From positions 22,859-86,858 of the IMG/VR virus record IMGVR_UViG_3300044630_004371: a stretch of 64,000 bases of DNA. One strand, given 5' to 3'. Under the pieces are notes generated by a model. The model was not told where the DNA came from. It searched no databases and was given only the letters and a program-made list of their open reading frames with translations. Below, in pieces: positions 8,746 to 18,774 of this stretch; the stretch's first letter is position 1, and each line of letters opens with the position of its first letter. The DNA is from a virus. A program made the position numbers and the translations under genes.

Positions 8746-10635
8746 TTATCTTAATTCAGCTACATTGAAGGTTGGAACACCGTCTACACGCACGTGGCCG
8801 TAGAACCTATTATTCACAACTTTTTTAGCGTAACGAGTCATGATACCTTTAACTGGAGCAAAGTTAAAAGGATTGTACATTGTTGGAGTCAATTGCAATG
8901 GCACGTATGGTGCGTAAATGTAACCTGTATCCAATAATGATTTACCTTTGTGACCAACGACTACTGAGTAAGCTGGAGCATAAGGGTCACGGTACACTTG
9001 GTAACGTCCACTTAAAGTTCCGATTCTTTCAATACCCATGTTGTATTGGTCTTGCTCTGGGTTAGCATCTGATACGTGGAAATATTCCAAATCATCGAAA
9101 ATTGCAGAGATTTCAGAAGAAACCACGATGAAGTTAGCACCACCACGAAGAGTTGATTTATGAATTTGAGCACTCAATTGGTTAACTCTAGTAAGAAGAG
9201 TTTGGTTCCAGTCTTTTTGAGTGTATGGGCTAGCAGCAGAAGAAGCTTTTCTCCAACCGTTGTAGTCCCAACGTAATTGCCATGCAGCAGCTTTACGTAA
9301 ATCTCTAAGGATTTCACGGTCAATTTCCGCAGCAACTTGTTCTGACAACATAGCTGTCAATTCAGCTTCAGCATCAATGTTGTGGAATGCACTAACATCT
9401 TGAGCCAATTCTGGTGACCATGTTGCACGTAATTTTCTTTCTTCAACAGCAACTACAACTTCAGAAAGTGTGAAAGAAACCTCTCCCAATTCTGTTTCAA
9501 GTTCTAATGAAGAATATTCAGCCCATGCAAAACTTAAACTGTTAGTAACAGCTGAAGTTGAATAAGCAATACCACCAGTAGCACCAGTTGTACCTACATA
9601 ACCATCATAAGTTGAAGTACCAGCAAGGGCAGTACCACTAGCAGTTGTACCAACTGGATGACGGAAATCTAATTCAAGATAGATAAGACCAGTATCAGTT
9701 ACCAAGTTAGATGTTGGATTTTGAACGATAGCCTTGCCATATTGTTGAGTTACTACACGGAAAGGAATTTCTTTGTTAGTAGCAATAACTGTGTTACCAT
9801 CAGAATCTTTATAGTTACCACCAGCAACAACGTGCAATGAAGCCAAGAATGATTCAGTATCCATGTTGTTACCATCTGGACCAGTTAATACTTCACGTCC
9901 ATTAGAACCAGCACCACCAGAGAAACCAGAAAGACCTACGATTGCACTTCTAACTGAACCATCAGTAGATGTTGGCAATAAAGTAGCACCATAAGTAGGG
10001 GTTAATGAACCATCTGAATTAAATGTGAAGGTTGTGTAAGTTGTTTGTGTTTTGATAGTAAGAGTACCTTTTGAATTGTCGAATAAACCGTCATTGTAGA
10101 AGATATCATACATGTTTTTAGCTTGGAACTGAGTCAATGGAGTTGAAGCTTTAGTAGCAGCAACTGGCAACGCAGCAGCAGTAGCAACACCGTTGTGTTC
10201 ACCATTCAAACCAGTGTGAGCTGAGAATGTTGTACCATAAACGTCTGAACTTGGACTTAATGAATAATCATCACCAGCAACACCAGCAGAGTTTACACGG
10301 CTAGATGTTTGAGGGACAAAGAAGAACAATTTACCAATAGGCATGTTCATAGCTTGTACAGACACGATGTCGTTAGCTAATAATTTAGAGAAAACTCTAC
10401 GTACAATTGGGAATACAACTGTTTCGAAAGAACCAGAAGATTGTGCAGTTGTAGACTCAGTAAGTAATGTAGAAGCTTGGTTCTCATATAACTGAGCGAT
10501 ATTTTCTTTTACGTGGCCTTTAAGACCGTCAAGGAAGCCTAAGCTATCCCATTTTGATTGGGTTTCTTTACGGATAGCCTTCATGTGGTTCAATCCGATA
10601 TTACCCACTTGTCCAGATGTTAATAAATGTGACAT
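8746..10635 (-). CDS. gp23: Major capsid protein (T4 gp23-like)
   Basis: VRRVFSKLLANDIVSVQAM, RKLRATWSPELAQD, HNIDAEAELTAMLSEQVAAEIDREI, GYIYAPYVPL, GIMTRY. Confidence 0.97.
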   Translation of the reverse strand: MSHLLTSGQVGNIGLNHMKAIRKETQSKWDSLGFLDGLKGHVKENIAQLYENQASTLLTESTTAQSSGSFETVVFPIVRRVFSKLLANDIVSVQAMNMPIGKLFFFVPQTSSRVNSAGVAGDDYSLSPSSDVYGTTFSAHTGLNGEHNGVATAAALPVAATKASTPLTQFQAKNMYDIFYNDGLFDNSKGTLTIKTQTTYTTFTFNSDGSLTPTYGATLLPTSTDGSVRSAIVGLSGFSGGAGSNGREVLTGPDGNNMDTESFLASLHVVAGGNYKDSDGNTVIATNKEIPFRVVTQQYGKAIVQNPTSNLVTDTGLIYLELDFRHPVGTTASGTALAGTSTYDGYVGTTGATGGIAYSTSAVTNSLSFAWAEYSSLELETELGEVSFTLSEVVVAVEERKLRATWSPELAQDVSAFHNIDAEAELTAMLSEQVAAEIDREILRDLRKAAAWQLRWDYNGWRKASSAASPYTQKDWNQTLLTRVNQLSAQIHKSTLRGGANFIVVSSEISAIFDDLEYFHVSDANPEQDQYNMGIERIGTLSGRYQVYRDPYAPAYSVVVGHKGKSLLDTGYIYAPYVPLQLTPTMYNPFNFAPVKGIMTRYAKKVVNNRFYGHVRVDGVPTFNVAELR

Positions 10636-10669
10636 GTTTTTATTTGTTTTAGTTTTTTGTTATTTGTTA

Positions 10670-11935
10670 TTATTTTCTTTCAACTCTATTAATCAAATCT
10701 AAGATTCGTTTAGTTGAAGGGTCTACATACGCAGTACTTTCGTTCAATTGTCTTGAAGAACTTGTTGTAGCTTCTTTAATGATTTTGTTTTCTACTGATT
10801 CAGAAATTGGTTTTCTAGTTTCCAATTCGTTGACAATAGTTTTGTACAACTTTTTAGATTCTTTAAGACTTAAAACATCTTCATCAAATCTTTTAATGAT
10901 GTTTTGTTTTTCAACCTTAGTAGTAGCGTGTTCGGTAAACAATTTAGTTACATAAGTAAGATTGCTATTAAACACTACAGTTTCTACCAATTTTGTTCTA
11001 AACTCTTTCAAAGCTGTTCTGAACTCTTGGTTCTCAGCTCTCAATTTGCTAGCTTCAGTCAATAAAAGGTTATATTTTTTGGTTGTTTCAGAAACAAGTT
11101 TCTTAGTGGCTTCAGTGATAGATTTAGGGTTTTCTGGAGCTCCAATTGATTTTGGTCCTTTACCACGATGTGTTCCCACGCTCATATTAGTACCAATACT
11201 AATTTTTTCTTCAATAGGTTCTTCTTCAGACTCTTCCTCTTCTTCTTCCTCTTCACCTTCTTCATCATCCACAGACATCAAATCAGTTGGTTCTTCACCA
11301 TCTTCTTCGTCACCCATTTCGATTTCATAATCTACGTCACCTTCTTCATCACCCATTTCTGGTTCCATTTCTGGTTCCATTTCTGGTTCCATTTCTGGTT
11401 CCATTTCTGTAGAACCTTTAAGGTCAGATGTTTTGATAACGTATTCTCCTGGTTCAGAGACACTAAGGTGAATTTCGTCACCCACGATTTCGATTTCATC
11501 ATCACCACTCAATTTCTTGTAGATTGCGATAACGTCATCATCTGATGCAGATGTCATGTCCAATTCTTCTGATGCACCTAAGTCATCCATTCCTTCTTCG
11601 TATGTCATGCCTTCAGCTTCCATACCTTCTGTGTCCATACCTTCTGTCATTTTTTTAGATTTAGCTTTTTCTTTCTTTTCAGAACCACCTTTGCCATGTT
11701 CAGCTTTTTCTTCTTTTTCAGATTCACCAGCTTCATGTTCTTCATGTGATTCTTCATTTACAGAACCAACTTCCTCTTCTTCATAAACCTCTCTAGTTAG
11801 AGATTCTTTCACAACACCATCAATTTCTTCTCTAGCTACGCTACGAAGTATTTCTTTTGTGTTGGCATTGAGAGCACTTTGAATATTTTTAATATCCAAT
11901 AAAGCTTCTTCAAGTATTGATTTTTTGTCTGCCAT
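10670..11935 (-). CDS. Prohead core scaffold protein (T4 gp22-like position)
   Basis: Acidic, coiled-coil, many (I/L)xE sites; lies between the protease and capsid genes. Confidence 0.75.
   Translation of the reverse strand: MADKKSILEEALLDIKNIQSALNANTKEILRSVAREEIDGVVKESLTREVYEEEEVGSVNEESHEEHEAGESEKEEKAEHGKGGSEKKEKAKSKKMTEGMDTEGMEAEGMTYEEGMDDLGASEELDMTSASDDDVIAIYKKLSGDDEIEIVGDEIHLSVSEPGEYVIKTSDLKGSTEMEPEMEPEMEPEMEPEMGDEEGDVDYEIEMGDEEDGEEPTDLMSVDDEEGEEEEEEEESEEEPIEEKISIGTNMSVGTHRGKGPKSIGAPENPKSITEATKKLVSETTKKYNLLLTEASKLRAENQEFRTALKEFRTKLVETVVFNSNLTYVTKLFTEHATTKVEKQNIIKRFDEDVLSLKESKKLYKTIVNELETRKPISESVENKIIKEATTSSSRQLNESTAYVDPSTKRILDLINRVERK
11354..11409. repeat. 12-bp tandem repeat (EMEP x4) in the scaffold gene
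   Basis: CATTTCTGGTTC repeated 4 times plus a partial copy. Confidence 0.9.
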
Positions 11936-12056
11936 TTTAGTGTTTGTTTATTTTTAATTTTTAGATAAATAAAATTATATTTACCTTATTTGATAATAAA
12001 TATATGTCTTTTGATGAAAAGACGAATACAAGTTAAAAAAAATGATTTTTTTTACT

Positions 12057-12779
12057 TTAATCGGTCAAAAAATTATCAAGTTTATCAGTTAGGTTCTCTT
12101 TGATGATAGATTTTTTAATTTCTACGTTCTCTACATAGGGTTTAGACTCTTCAACATTCCTAAAAATCCATGCGTCTGGTGTTGATGGAGCTGTTACTAC
12201 GTCCCAGCAGATAATCTCAAAATCATCTTGAACAATTTGTTCACCATTTCTACCTTCTTTCAATGAACCAACACCTCTAGATGATACACCAATCTTTATT
12301 CTATTTCTCAATAGATTAGCTACTTCATCACCTTTGGTTGAAACAATACCGTAATTGATAAAACCAGGTGTCATAAGGATTTCCATTTTACCCATAAGAG
12401 TATGAGCTTCCCACCATGTTTCGATAATATTATGTGAAATTCTATCACCAGCGATAATACTAGATTCTGGGTGGTCTAATTCACCAACAGCACTACGCTC
12501 TCTAATTGCTTTTTGATATAGTTCGTTTTGTCTTACAAGGATTTCTTTCGGATATATACGTCCATTACGGTTTAGGATACCGTATTTTTGGAGAATAACG
12601 TAAACTACTAGTGGTTCGGCAATAACCAATTTACCAGTTTCTAATTTTCTTAACTCATTGATAAAAGGCTGGTTTCTTGGTTCGTCTGGGCTTATATAGC
12701 CAGCATCGTGCTCAATCAATCCACCCCACCCACTTTCACCACGTTTTAGTACTTTAAAATCTTTATAATTTATATCCAT
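12057..12779 (-). CDS. gp21: Prohead core protein protease (T4 gp21-like)
   Basis: NRNGRIYP, GELDHP, SHNI, GVSSRGVGS, DVVTAPSTPDA. Confidence 0.95.
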   Translation of the reverse strand: MDINYKDFKVLKRGESGWGGLIEHDAGYISPDEPRNQPFINELRKLETGKLVIAEPLVVYVILQKYGILNRNGRIYPKEILVRQNELYQKAIRERSAVGELDHPESSIIAGDRISHNIIETWWEAHTLMGKMEILMTPGFINYGIVSTKGDEVANLLRNRIKIGVSSRGVGSLKEGRNGEQIVQDDFEIICWDVVTAPSTPDAWIFRNVEESKPYVENVEIKKSIIKENLTDKLDNFLTD

Positions 12780-12819
12780 GTTTGCTAGTTTATAGATATA
12801 AATATATAAAATAAATAAA

Positions 12820-12852
12820 AAAAGCCCTACTTCAATAGTAGGGCTTTGTTTT
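12820..12852 (-). terminator. Intrinsic terminator
   Basis: AAAGCCCTACT-TCAAT-AGTAGGGCTTT hairpin with flanking A/T runs. Confidence 0.75.
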
Positions 12853-13295
12853 TATTTTTTTTTCTTGTGGAAAATAAATGTGTCGTTGTTATCAAAAACA
12901 TTTTTAATCAAATAATTTGATACGTCAGTTAGTACGTTTGTCATATATTCTGAGTTTACTGGTGTTTCAATTTCAGAAAATAATGTAATGTCACAACTCA
13001 TAAAACTACGTTTTCCATATCTTATACCAGATTCTCTAATATCAAAATCTACAATTGTTTTTTCTTTTATAAAGTTTGAACTCTTGTCATCATTAAAAAA
13101 ATAATAAAGTTGTTGTTTTACTTTTTTATTGATGTTTCTGATAACCCTAGAATAATTTATATCTGTTTCGTGTTTGGGTTCGACCCATGCTGAAAGGTTG
13201 ATATAAACGGCTTTAGCTTTTTTGTTGTTTACACTTCCAAAGATTATATTATAATCTTTTGAAATATTAGTTTTTACTTCTTTTCCTGTTTTCAT
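12852..13295 (-). CDS. Conserved hypothetical phage protein
   Basis: 147-aa ORF with an upstream TATATTTG host-type -7 box at about 13313-13320. Confidence 0.7.
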   Translation of the reverse strand: MKTGKEVKTNISKDYNIIFGSVNNKKAKAVYINLSAWVEPKHETDINYSRVIRNINKKVKQQLYYFFNDDKSSNFIKEKTIVDFDIRESGIRYGKRSFMSCDITLFSEIETPVNSEYMTNVLTDVSNYLIKNVFDNNDTFIFHKKKK

Positions 13296-13348
13296 TTTAC
13301 CTGGTTTTTATACAAATATAATGAAAATATTTCATAGTGTCAAGTACT

Positions 13349-13687
13349 TTATTTTAACTTAACCCAAACAGCTACCACAATACCAATAGTTATTTGTACA
13401 AAGGTAATGATAGCTATTGCCGCTGCCCATCTATTCTTTTGATGATATAATTCATCTTTGGCTTCTTTCATTTGTGATGGCGACCATACATCATTAACCT
13501 TTTCAATCCATTTGGCTTGATTTTCAACTTTACCTTCAGTATTCTTAAATTCAGTAAGTTTTAAGTTAAGTTCTGAGAAACGACTATCCATATCGGTTCT
13601 CATTTTATCATAGTTATCGTTAAGGCGTTCTAATTCTTTGAGAACCAATTTACTGTAGTCCCCCCAAGTTCCTGTTTCTTCTGACAT
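13349..13687 (-). CDS. Coiled-coil protein with C-terminal transmembrane helix
   Basis: C-terminal WAAAIAIITFVQITIGIVVAVWV. Confidence 0.7.
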   Translation of the reverse strand: MSEETGTWGDYSKLVLKELERLNDNYDKMRTDMDSRFSELNLKLTEFKNTEGKVENQAKWIEKVNDVWSPSQMKEAKDELYHQKNRWAAAIAIITFVQITIGIVVAVWVKLK

Positions 13688-13689
13688 GG

Positions 13690-13911
13690 TTAAAATTTAA
13701 TATTGATTAAAATGTTATTTATTTTTAGGCACATTTTCTCATAACACTTAATTTTGTTCTGTGATGTCAATTGTAAAGCTTCTTCTTCACATTCCTCAAC
13801 CACAGATTTTACATTTTTTAAAACTTTTTCGTAATCACCATCAGGATATTTACATATTTTATTGGTTAATTCTCTTAACTTTAAAATATTTTCGCTTGTA
13901 ACACTTGCCAT
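13690..13911 (-). CDS. Hypothetical protein
   Basis: 73-aa ORF in the operon. Confidence 0.6.
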   Translation of the reverse strand: MASVTSENILKLRELTNKICKYPDGDYEKVLKNVKSVVEECEEEALQLTSQNKIKCYEKMCLKINNILINIKF

Positions 13912-13923
13912 TGTTTATAACTT

Positions 13924-14721
13924 TTAGTTTTCTTTTAAATTACTTCTTAGTTCTACAATCTTTGAAATATTTTTTATGAAATCTTCATTGATATCTTGTT
14001 TATCGTTTAAAAGCTTATCTTTGACTCTTAAAAGTTTATCTTTAGCGTTTAAATCAGTTGTGTCAAGTTTCTCATCAATAAATGCGATACACTCTCTAAT
14101 TGTGTTTGAATAAACTTCTTTCTTTTCCTCATCTGTTGAATCAATCAAAGTTTTTAAAATTTTCCTTTCTGATTCATCCAATGAAGCATATTTTTCGTTG
14201 TATTTATCAACCATCATTGTACTTAACATACTGTTAGGTAATTCAATCGCCTCAGTTAAAGTTTTAGCTTTGTTGTTCACAATCCAATCAACAACCTTGC
14301 TTGTAGCTTCTACAATAGTATCAACTGTTTCTGGATTTTTGTTTGTGAAGATAAGGATTGAAACATTTTCATATAACTCTGTTTTACCGTCATAAAGTTC
14401 TGCTTCAAAAAGCTTTTTCTCTAAATTTATCAATTTTGTATTGGCTTCTAAAATATCTTTTTTGTTGAACTTAGAAAACAATTTAATGTTTTCCTTTACG
14501 AACATAGTGGCTTTGGTCACATCTGACTCTACCTTTTGTTCAATATTGGTATAAACCAAAAATTGAGTCTTAAGAATTTTGTTTTCTGCTATACATTTAA
14601 CGTAACTCTTAAATAACTCTTTTTTTGATTTATCATCTGACATAACGCTTTCAGCTAAAATTGTGTTATAAACACTCTTAATATGGCCGAAGTTTTTTGT
14701 TATTAATGTTAAATCTGTCAT
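13924..14721 (-). CDS. Conserved hypothetical head-cluster protein
   Basis: 265-aa helical ORF directly after the portal gene; ATATTTAT motif upstream. Confidence 0.7.
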   Translation of the reverse strand: MTDLTLITKNFGHIKSVYNTILAESVMSDDKSKKELFKSYVKCIAENKILKTQFLVYTNIEQKVESDVTKATMFVKENIKLFSKFNKKDILEANTKLINLEKKLFEAELYDGKTELYENVSILIFTNKNPETVDTIVEATSKVVDWIVNNKAKTLTEAIELPNSMLSTMMVDKYNEKYASLDESERKILKTLIDSTDEEKKEVYSNTIRECIAFIDEKLDTTDLNAKDKLLRVKDKLLNDKQDINEDFIKNISKIVELRSNLKEN

Positions 14722-14767
14722 TATTACTGTTTAATTAATAAATATCATTATTTACCACAAAAATTGA

Positions 14768-16831
14768 TTACTCATCCAACATTTTATCAATGTCGTTAAT
14801 CATTTCGTCAATTTCTTTATTTACCTTGACGTTTTTATCGTAAATTTTTATTTTTTCTACGTGTTCTTTTGGTGTTGATTTTACTGATTCGATAAGTCTT
14901 TCTACAAATCTACCTTGATATTTCTTGGTTCTTTCATTTAACTTCTTAGCCAAAACAACCTTTTGTTCTTTAAGTAATTTTTGTATTTTCTTTACTGATT
15001 CAGTTACTTCAGTTGGGGTTTCTTCAGCACCAGCTTCTTCAGCACCAGCTTCTGTTTCGGCAGCACCTTCTTCACCACCAGCTTCTGTAGCTGCTTCGCT
15101 TTCACCTTCATCACCAAAATCTAAATCTTCACCGCCAGTTCCACCTCCACCAAATGAACCGCCTAGGCCACCACCGCCACCGCCACCGCCGCCGCCACTG
15201 CTGCTTTCTCCACCACCTTCTTCACCACCACCATCTCCACCACCTTTAAGGGCAAGTTTAAAATCACCATAAACTCTATCTACAATATCAAACATACCAG
15301 TGTGTTTTATTACACTAGAAGAGTTGGCCAATTCAGCAGCTGCTGCTTTTTCCATACGTTGTTCAAGCAAGTCTTGTTTGATTTCATCATCAGACATACC
15401 CAAGATATCTCTCTTACCACGAGTCATTGACATAGCACCAAATCCGTTTCCAGAATCAGATACCGCATCTTTGTAAAGTGTAACCTTGGTTTGCATGTGT
15501 TCAATCTTAAGCATTTCAGCTTGAGTTGATGGATTGTTAAGGGTAAGTGTAAAATTATCAAAATCTTCTTCAAATCCTAACAAATACAGATGAATGATGG
15601 CAATCTTGTTAAATTCTTGTAACATAGCTTGTTGTATTCTGTTTATAGTTCTAGAAAAACGTATGTCTTGCAATGCAAGGTTTTTACCTTCACCAGTTGT
15701 ATCATCAAAACCCAAGAATGGCTTAGGAACTCTAAGAGCTGTAAATAAATTGCTTCTCAAATACTCAATATCCGCAATTTGGTCTAGGTTTGTAGCACCT
15801 GGCAAGGTATCAATTGGGTTGGGTGCGTCTTCAGAACGAACTGGGATAAAATAATCTTGGTCGTTTGAAAGTTGATTATAACGCAAGTCCATTTGACCAG
15901 TTTGTGAGTCAATAATAGGCATACGCTTGAATCTATCTGCAATTTGGTTTACATATGCTTCAACATCGGCATCATCAATATTACCAACATAGATTTTATA
16001 TACACGTCTTTCTGGTGCACGAGTTACACGATAAACCAACATTGAATCCTCAGAAAGGATAAGTTGTTTCCATATACGTCTAGCCTTTTCCAATACTGAA
16101 GTACCATAAGGTAAACGTCTGTCGTCTCCCAACAATCTGAAGTGAGCTATTTGCCATGAGTTGAACTCAACGTCACGTCCTCTCCAAAAAAATTTGGTTT
16201 TATCAGCTGTTGCTACTTGGCTGTTGACTGTCTCACGACCAGTAATCATATCAAACAAACCACTTTCTCTACGTTCCATTTCGTAGTTAGGCATTTGCTT
16301 GGCACCCAAGATACCATGTTTTTCATCAATATTTAAGTAAACGAAATTATCACCATACTTGCATGTGTTTCTTGTCCACATAGGCAAAGACACATGTAAA
16401 TCTAGTCTATTAAAAAATAAATCTTCAAGAATACCCTTTACACGTTTGCTATCTGAATATATGTTCATGATTCTACCCTTGTCATTTAGAGTAGAAGATT
16501 CTTCCATCATTACATCTAAAGCAGCTGCGATGGTTGGATAAAACTCCATGGCCTCAAAATCTGAATAAGAACCAATACGTGTTGTTTCATAGTTGATGGA
16601 TTGTTGAAATAATCCATTTTCAACCTTCTTCCACATTTGCCCTAGATACTTGTTTTGTTGTGCTTGTAACTTGGTTCTTTCAAATTCAGCCTTGTTGTCT
16701 GTTTTAAGCAGTACATCATTGCCAATATTGTATCTTTGTGGTTGCGGTTGGTTTTGTTTTACTTTAGGTCCATCTGGTCCGATAATTTGACCAAGCTTCT
16801 GGAAGACCGTTAACTTTTGTTTTTCTGCCAT
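14768..16831 (-). CDS. gp20: Portal protein (T4 gp20-like)
   Basis: SVLEKARRIWKQL, EDSMLVYRVTRAPERRVYKIYVGN, DYFIPVR, IDTLPG, ALRVPK; Gly/Glu-rich C-terminal tail. Confidence 0.95.
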   Translation of the reverse strand: MAEKQKLTVFQKLGQIIGPDGPKVKQNQPQPQRYNIGNDVLLKTDNKAEFERTKLQAQQNKYLGQMWKKVENGLFQQSINYETTRIGSYSDFEAMEFYPTIAAALDVMMEESSTLNDKGRIMNIYSDSKRVKGILEDLFFNRLDLHVSLPMWTRNTCKYGDNFVYLNIDEKHGILGAKQMPNYEMERRESGLFDMITGRETVNSQVATADKTKFFWRGRDVEFNSWQIAHFRLLGDDRRLPYGTSVLEKARRIWKQLILSEDSMLVYRVTRAPERRVYKIYVGNIDDADVEAYVNQIADRFKRMPIIDSQTGQMDLRYNQLSNDQDYFIPVRSEDAPNPIDTLPGATNLDQIADIEYLRSNLFTALRVPKPFLGFDDTTGEGKNLALQDIRFSRTINRIQQAMLQEFNKIAIIHLYLLGFEEDFDNFTLTLNNPSTQAEMLKIEHMQTKVTLYKDAVSDSGNGFGAMSMTRGKRDILGMSDDEIKQDLLEQRMEKAAAAELANSSSVIKHTGMFDIVDRVYGDFKLALKGGGDGGGEEGGGESSSGGGGGGGGGGLGGSFGGGGTGGEDLDFGDEGESEAATEAGGEEGAAETEAGAEEAGAEETPTEVTESVKKIQKLLKEQKVVLAKKLNERTKKYQGRFVERLIESVKSTPKEHVEKIKIYDKNVKVNKEIDEMINDIDKMLDE

Positions 16832-16887
16832 GTTGTATTTTTTATTAAATTATACTATTTTTTTATCAAAAATAAAGACTTTACACT

Positions 16888-18681
16888 TTATTTGCTTCCG
16901 CTAAATAACCACATATATTGACCAGTTGGGTCTTGCATGTTTTTAGAAACTATTGGGTTAAATTTAGGTTTTTGTGTTGGTAGTTTATTTCTATTTTCTT
17001 TGCTAACAAACCCAGTTCCTTTTTCAAGGTCTGTTTGTGTAGGGTTGGTATTGGCCCCAATCAACCAACTATTTAAAATAGCTTTGGTTTGTTTTTCTAA
17101 TTTCTCTAGATTTTTAAATGAATGTTCAACCACCCACAAAGCCATACCCAAAGCCATAAGCAAATCATCATGATAACCTTCCATATGGTCTGGTCTTCCG
17201 TTCTTATAGATAAAGGTTTTCATTTCTGAAGTCATTCTAGCTGAACGAATTTTGATACCATCAGTCCTAATCTTAAACTCAAGATTTGAAATCATTGGTA
17301 AACGAACAGAAGTTGCGTGAAAACCTGGAATTTTATTCTCCTTGTTGTAAGTCGCCAATTCTCTTTGTCTAGCTGATAAAATTTTACCGTTTTGATTATC
17401 ATAATGAAGCCTCTTGTAATCAAATTCGAGCAATTTCAATACGGTAGAAACACCCATACCACCAGTAACATCGACTACCGTATATGCTTTGTACATTTCA
17501 CCATATTCTTCTACCAATTGAGCCAACAAATCTGGTTGAATCTTACCTTGATATTCCATTACTTGTTCCATGGTAGTAAAGTCTACCACAACAATAGTAG
17601 AAGAATCCTCCCCATCACCTCTGGATACGTCAACGCCCATAACATATTGGTGTCCCTCTTGAGGAAGTTCCCATATCCATGTTTCGTTTTCACCTCCCTT
17701 GGTAATCACAGGGTCTTTTACGTTGTTTTTATTTTGTAAATCAATATACTGTTCGTCAATAACGTTACCACCAGAACCAATAAATGATACATCCAATTCT
17801 TGTGCAATCATCTTGGCATCGTTGTTCATACCACGACACATTTCTTCATACCATGATGAAGTAGGTTTCCACCCATCTTCTAGTCTGTTTTTATAAGATT
17901 GAAATGTAAATTCTACCTCTTCTTCAATTAACTCATCTTTCAACCACTTTAAATCTTTATTGTAACGCAAATCTTCATACCATTTCATTTCAATGATGTT
18001 GAAGTTGTTTTCTTTTTTCTTGGCTTGGTCGTATGTTTTGTAATACAAAGCATCCATACCACGTGGTGTAGAAATAAGAGTTGCTTTGCCACCAGTACCC
18101 AATGCAGTCAAAGCGGCACCGAATACTTCAGCACCATTATCAATATACGCAGCCTCATCCATTACAAGATATGTAGGTGTAAAACCACGCAACGCATCTT
18201 TTGATGTAGCAACCGCTTTTACACGACTACCGTTAGGGAGTTTAATCTCTTTTTTGGAATCTGTAAGGAAAATACTCTTGGATTCATTTTTAGCATTACC
18301 ATAATATTCATCACCCCAAACCCATCTTGGTAATTGAGATAGAAAATCTTTAATCTTGGCAAGGAATTCAAACGCCAATTCTTGTTTGTTGGCGATGATA
18401 AGAACCGCTTCTGGGTTTTCGGAATCAGCAAAACCAACCTTTATTGACATATATGCAGCTGTTGTAGTAGATACACCAGCCTGTCTAGGTTTTGTGATAA
18501 GGTTAAATCTATGTTTATCGTAAGCGTATATTATTTCTTTTTGTCTAGGAAATAGTCTGAAGGGAACAAAACCCTCTTGAGTTTTATCAAATGTTTCCAA
18601 ATAAGTTTCAATCGCATAGATTGGACTCGTCAAAGATTTGGCGTATTCTTTAAAAATCTCTTCTTTAGTTAAATTACTCAT
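16888..18681 (-). CDS. gp17: Terminase large subunit (T4 gp17-like)
   Basis: KPRQAGVST Walker A region, LVMDEAA Walker B, ISTPRG, GVDVSRGDG and HDDLLMA nuclease motifs. Confidence 0.95.
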   Translation of the reverse strand: MSNLTKEEIFKEYAKSLTSPIYAIETYLETFDKTQEGFVPFRLFPRQKEIIYAYDKHRFNLITKPRQAGVSTTTAAYMSIKVGFADSENPEAVLIIANKQELAFEFLAKIKDFLSQLPRWVWGDEYYGNAKNESKSIFLTDSKKEIKLPNGSRVKAVATSKDALRGFTPTYLVMDEAAYIDNGAEVFGAALTALGTGGKATLISTPRGMDALYYKTYDQAKKKENNFNIIEMKWYEDLRYNKDLKWLKDELIEEEVEFTFQSYKNRLEDGWKPTSSWYEEMCRGMNNDAKMIAQELDVSFIGSGGNVIDEQYIDLQNKNNVKDPVITKGGENETWIWELPQEGHQYVMGVDVSRGDGEDSSTIVVVDFTTMEQVMEYQGKIQPDLLAQLVEEYGEMYKAYTVVDVTGGMGVSTVLKLLEFDYKRLHYDNQNGKILSARQRELATYNKENKIPGFHATSVRLPMISNLEFKIRTDGIKIRSARMTSEMKTFIYKNGRPDHMEGYHDDLLMALGMALWVVEHSFKNLEKLEKQTKAILNSWLIGANTNPTQTDLEKGTGFVSKENRNKLPTQKPKFNPIVSKNMQDPTGQYMWLFSGSK

Positions 18682-18774
18682 ATCCTATAAATATGTTAAT
18701 ATACTATAAAGTGCCCTATTTTAAATAAATAAGACCCCAATTTGGGGCCTTATTGTGTCTATGTAAGTTCTATT

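Larger units (their letters stand above)
7562..8814 (-). mobile_element. Free-standing HNH cassette inserted in the 3' end of the capsid gene, carrying a replacement gene end
   Basis: Bounded by the two copies of the capsid C-terminal coding segment and terminator. Confidence 0.7.

Noticed and set aside
7493-8814. Diversity-generating retroelement template/variable repeat pair
   Set aside because: Differences are synonymous and not confined to adenines; no reverse transcriptase is seen
15128-15244. GC-rich CCA/CCG triplet run as a foreign or regulatory element
   Set aside because: It encodes the poly-Gly linker in the portal C-terminal tail
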